DNA of 64,000 nt from Thermomicrobiales bacterium (GTDB lineage: Bacteria; Chloroflexota; Chloroflexia; Thermomicrobiales; UBA6265), in the NCBI GenBank assembly GCA_050696075.1, contig JBOGUF010000216.1, positions 54,165-118,164 of the forward strand, in the 5' to 3' direction. A program made the position numbers and the translations under genes. The notes under the pieces are model-generated. The model made no database searches and had not been told where the DNA came from. It saw nothing but the letters and a program-made list of their open reading frames with translations. This document shows, in pieces, positions 62,711 to 64,000 of this stretch (positions are counted from its first letter, which is position 1; each line of letters begins with the position of its first letter).

Positions 62711-62853
62711 GTCGATTGTCCTTGCGCAGATCGCCTGCCCGATTCGACCTCGGCGCGAGTCGGTCCGGACTTGCGCGGATGGCACGGTGGTCTCTACCAT
62801 CACAGGAACAACTCCGACGATGGATTGCCTGTCTTGCCGAATGCGCGCGAGGC

Positions 62854-63810
62854 ATGGCAAGGATCAGGTCCGTGGATTACGACGTGTTGGTCGTCGGTCG
62901 ACCATCGTTCGACCTCATCTTTACTGGCGTGTCGTCCTGGCCCGTGGTTGGACAGGAGGTCTTCGCTCGCAACCTCACCACCTCGGCGGGGGGCACATTC
63001 AACGTCGTGGCGGCGTTGCATCGCCTTGGCGTGGGGGTGGGGATGGTCGGCAGCGTCGGCAACGACGTCTGGAGTCGCCAGGCATTTGCCGCGATGGAGG
63101 CGGAAGGGGTCTGCACCACGCTCATGCAAGTGCTCGATCATCCGCTGCCGGCCCTCAGCATTTGTGTGAGTCACGAAGGGGATCGCGGATTCCTGACCCA
63201 CGAGCACGTTGACCCTGAGGTGGGGACCCATTGCGCCGCCCACGTTCTTGAGGTTCTTCACCGAGAGTCGGCGCAATACGTTCAGGCATGCCTCAATCCG
63301 GACCTGGCCGCGTTTGCTCATCTTGCCCGCGACCGCGGGATGCGGGTGATCGTCGACTGCGGATGGGACGAACCCTGGCTGACATCCCGGCAGATCCGCA
63401 CGCTGATGCCGCTGGCTGACATCGTCTTCGCCAACGAACCGGAGGCATGCGCCATTGCGGGGGAGGCGGACCCGCGCGCCGCTGTGCGGCGTCTCGGGGA
63501 GATTGTCCCCTTCGTCGTCGTGAAGCGAGGCGCGGCGGGGGCATCGGCGGTCGTGGAGGGCCGCGAGTTCCATGCCCCGACCGAACCCGTCGAGGTCGTC
63601 GATGCTACCGGCGCCGGCGATTGCTTTAACGCCGGCTTCCTGTACGGCCTGCTTCGCGGTCGTTCGATCGCCGACAGTTTGCACATCGGCAATGTGTGTG
63701 GCGGCATGAGCGTCGCTGTGCCAGGTGGCCACGCGGGTGCGCCGACCGAAGCGGACCTGCTTGCGCGGCTGCGGCCTATGGGCGCCACGCCGAGGTCGTC
63801 CCCGCTATAG
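62854..63810 (+). CDS. PfkB-family carbohydrate kinase
   Basis: Trimmed to ATG 62854. YDVLVVG, SAGGTFNVVAAL.RLG, C-terminal DATGAGDCFNAGFLYG. Confidence 0.8.
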   Translation: MARIRSVDYDVLVVGRPSFDLIFTGVSSWPVVGQEVFARNLTTSAGGTFNVVAALHRLGVGVGMVGSVGNDVWSRQAFAAMEAEGVCTTLMQVLDHPLPALSICVSHEGDRGFLTHEHVDPEVGTHCAAHVLEVLHRESAQYVQACLNPDLAAFAHLARDRGMRVIVDCGWDEPWLTSRQIRTLMPLADIVFANEPEACAIAGEADPRAAVRRLGEIVPFVVVKRGAAGASAVVEGREFHAPTEPVEVVDATGAGDCFNAGFLYGLLRGRSIADSLHIGNVCGGMSVAVPGGHAGAPTEADLLARLRPMGATPRSSPL

Positions 63811-63826
63811 CTCGAAGTCGTCTTGA

Positions 63827-63904
63827 CCGTCATGCTGAGCCGCATTCGCTTCCTTGTCATGCCTTGGCAAGGCCGGCATGACGGCAGGAAGTTCGGAATG
63901 ACGG
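63827..63904. repeat. Nested imperfect palindromic element (GTCATGC / GTCATTCC motif family)
   Basis: CCGTCAT...CTTCCT pairs with AGGAAG...ATGACGG. The inner pair GTCATGCC (63856-63863) / GGCATGAC (63875-63882) flanks GCCTTG-G-CAAGGC. Confidence 0.6.
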
Positions 63905-63957
63905 GATGAGTAGCCACGCGACTCTTGTTACGATGCAAAAATTTCAGACAACGAGTC

Positions 63958-63986
63958 TTGACATGGGCACTCGTGAGCGGTATCCT
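63958..63986 (+). promoter_or_regulatory. Candidate sigma-70 promoter reading out of the window
   Basis: TTGACA, 17-nt spacer, TATCCT. Confidence 0.5.
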
Positions 63987-64000
63987 ATTCGTTCGCGGTA

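Overview
GC-rich (third codon positions mostly G/C), densely packed chromosomal core region. I see no rRNA, transposase, integrase, phage, cas or recognisable defence genes. Gene identities come from motifs read in the supplied translations; no database search was run.

Gene order: moeA 3' end; DUF697-like protein; glpK; an orphan sigma-54 response regulator divergent from a fused aroK-aroB; a methyl-cycle cluster (PfkB adenosine-kinase-like, ahcY, metK); darA-like PII protein; a small SWIM protein; mobA; miaB; a Cys-rich protein next to a RodZ-like protein. A long minus-strand array follows: yvcK, gap-pgk-tpiA-secG, coaBC, yggT, lipid kinase. Then nusA-ylxR-infB-rbfA-nrnA-truB-ribF; infC-rpmI-rplT-trmH family; hup; plsX; gyrB; mtnP-rodA/ftsW-PBP; rpsO-pnp. 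Next come two family-5 (peptide/nickel) ABC importer loci with three permease pairs and no ATPase. These flank a LarE-like/Rrf2 pair. The window ends with an aldehyde dehydrogenase, tRNA-Asn(GUU) and a second PfkB kinase.

The synteny (yvcK next to gap-pgk-tpiA-secG, rodA before PBP, nusA...ribF) suggests a Terrabacteria lineage such as Chloroflexota/Thermomicrobia or Actinomycetota. That is inference only.

I did not find a convincing new multi-gene system. The most unusual signals are structural or regulatory:
- A heptad-repeat inverted structure plus a G-quadruplex motif fills the whole pnp 3' intergenic.
- A UPF0104 membrane-protein gene is broken by a 61-nt insertion with 28-nt direct repeats and by an in-frame TGA at a likely Trp codon.
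- The peptide ABC loci have tandem permease pairs and no nucleotide-binding subunits.
- A protein has duplicated Cys-rich end modules.
- Leader attenuators or hairpins precede nusA, infC and pnp.
- infC probably starts at a non-canonical codon.

Many long ORFs in the track are GC-driven antisense shadows and were discarded. Several real genes were trimmed to internal starts supported by family N-termini and Shine-Dalgarno spacing.
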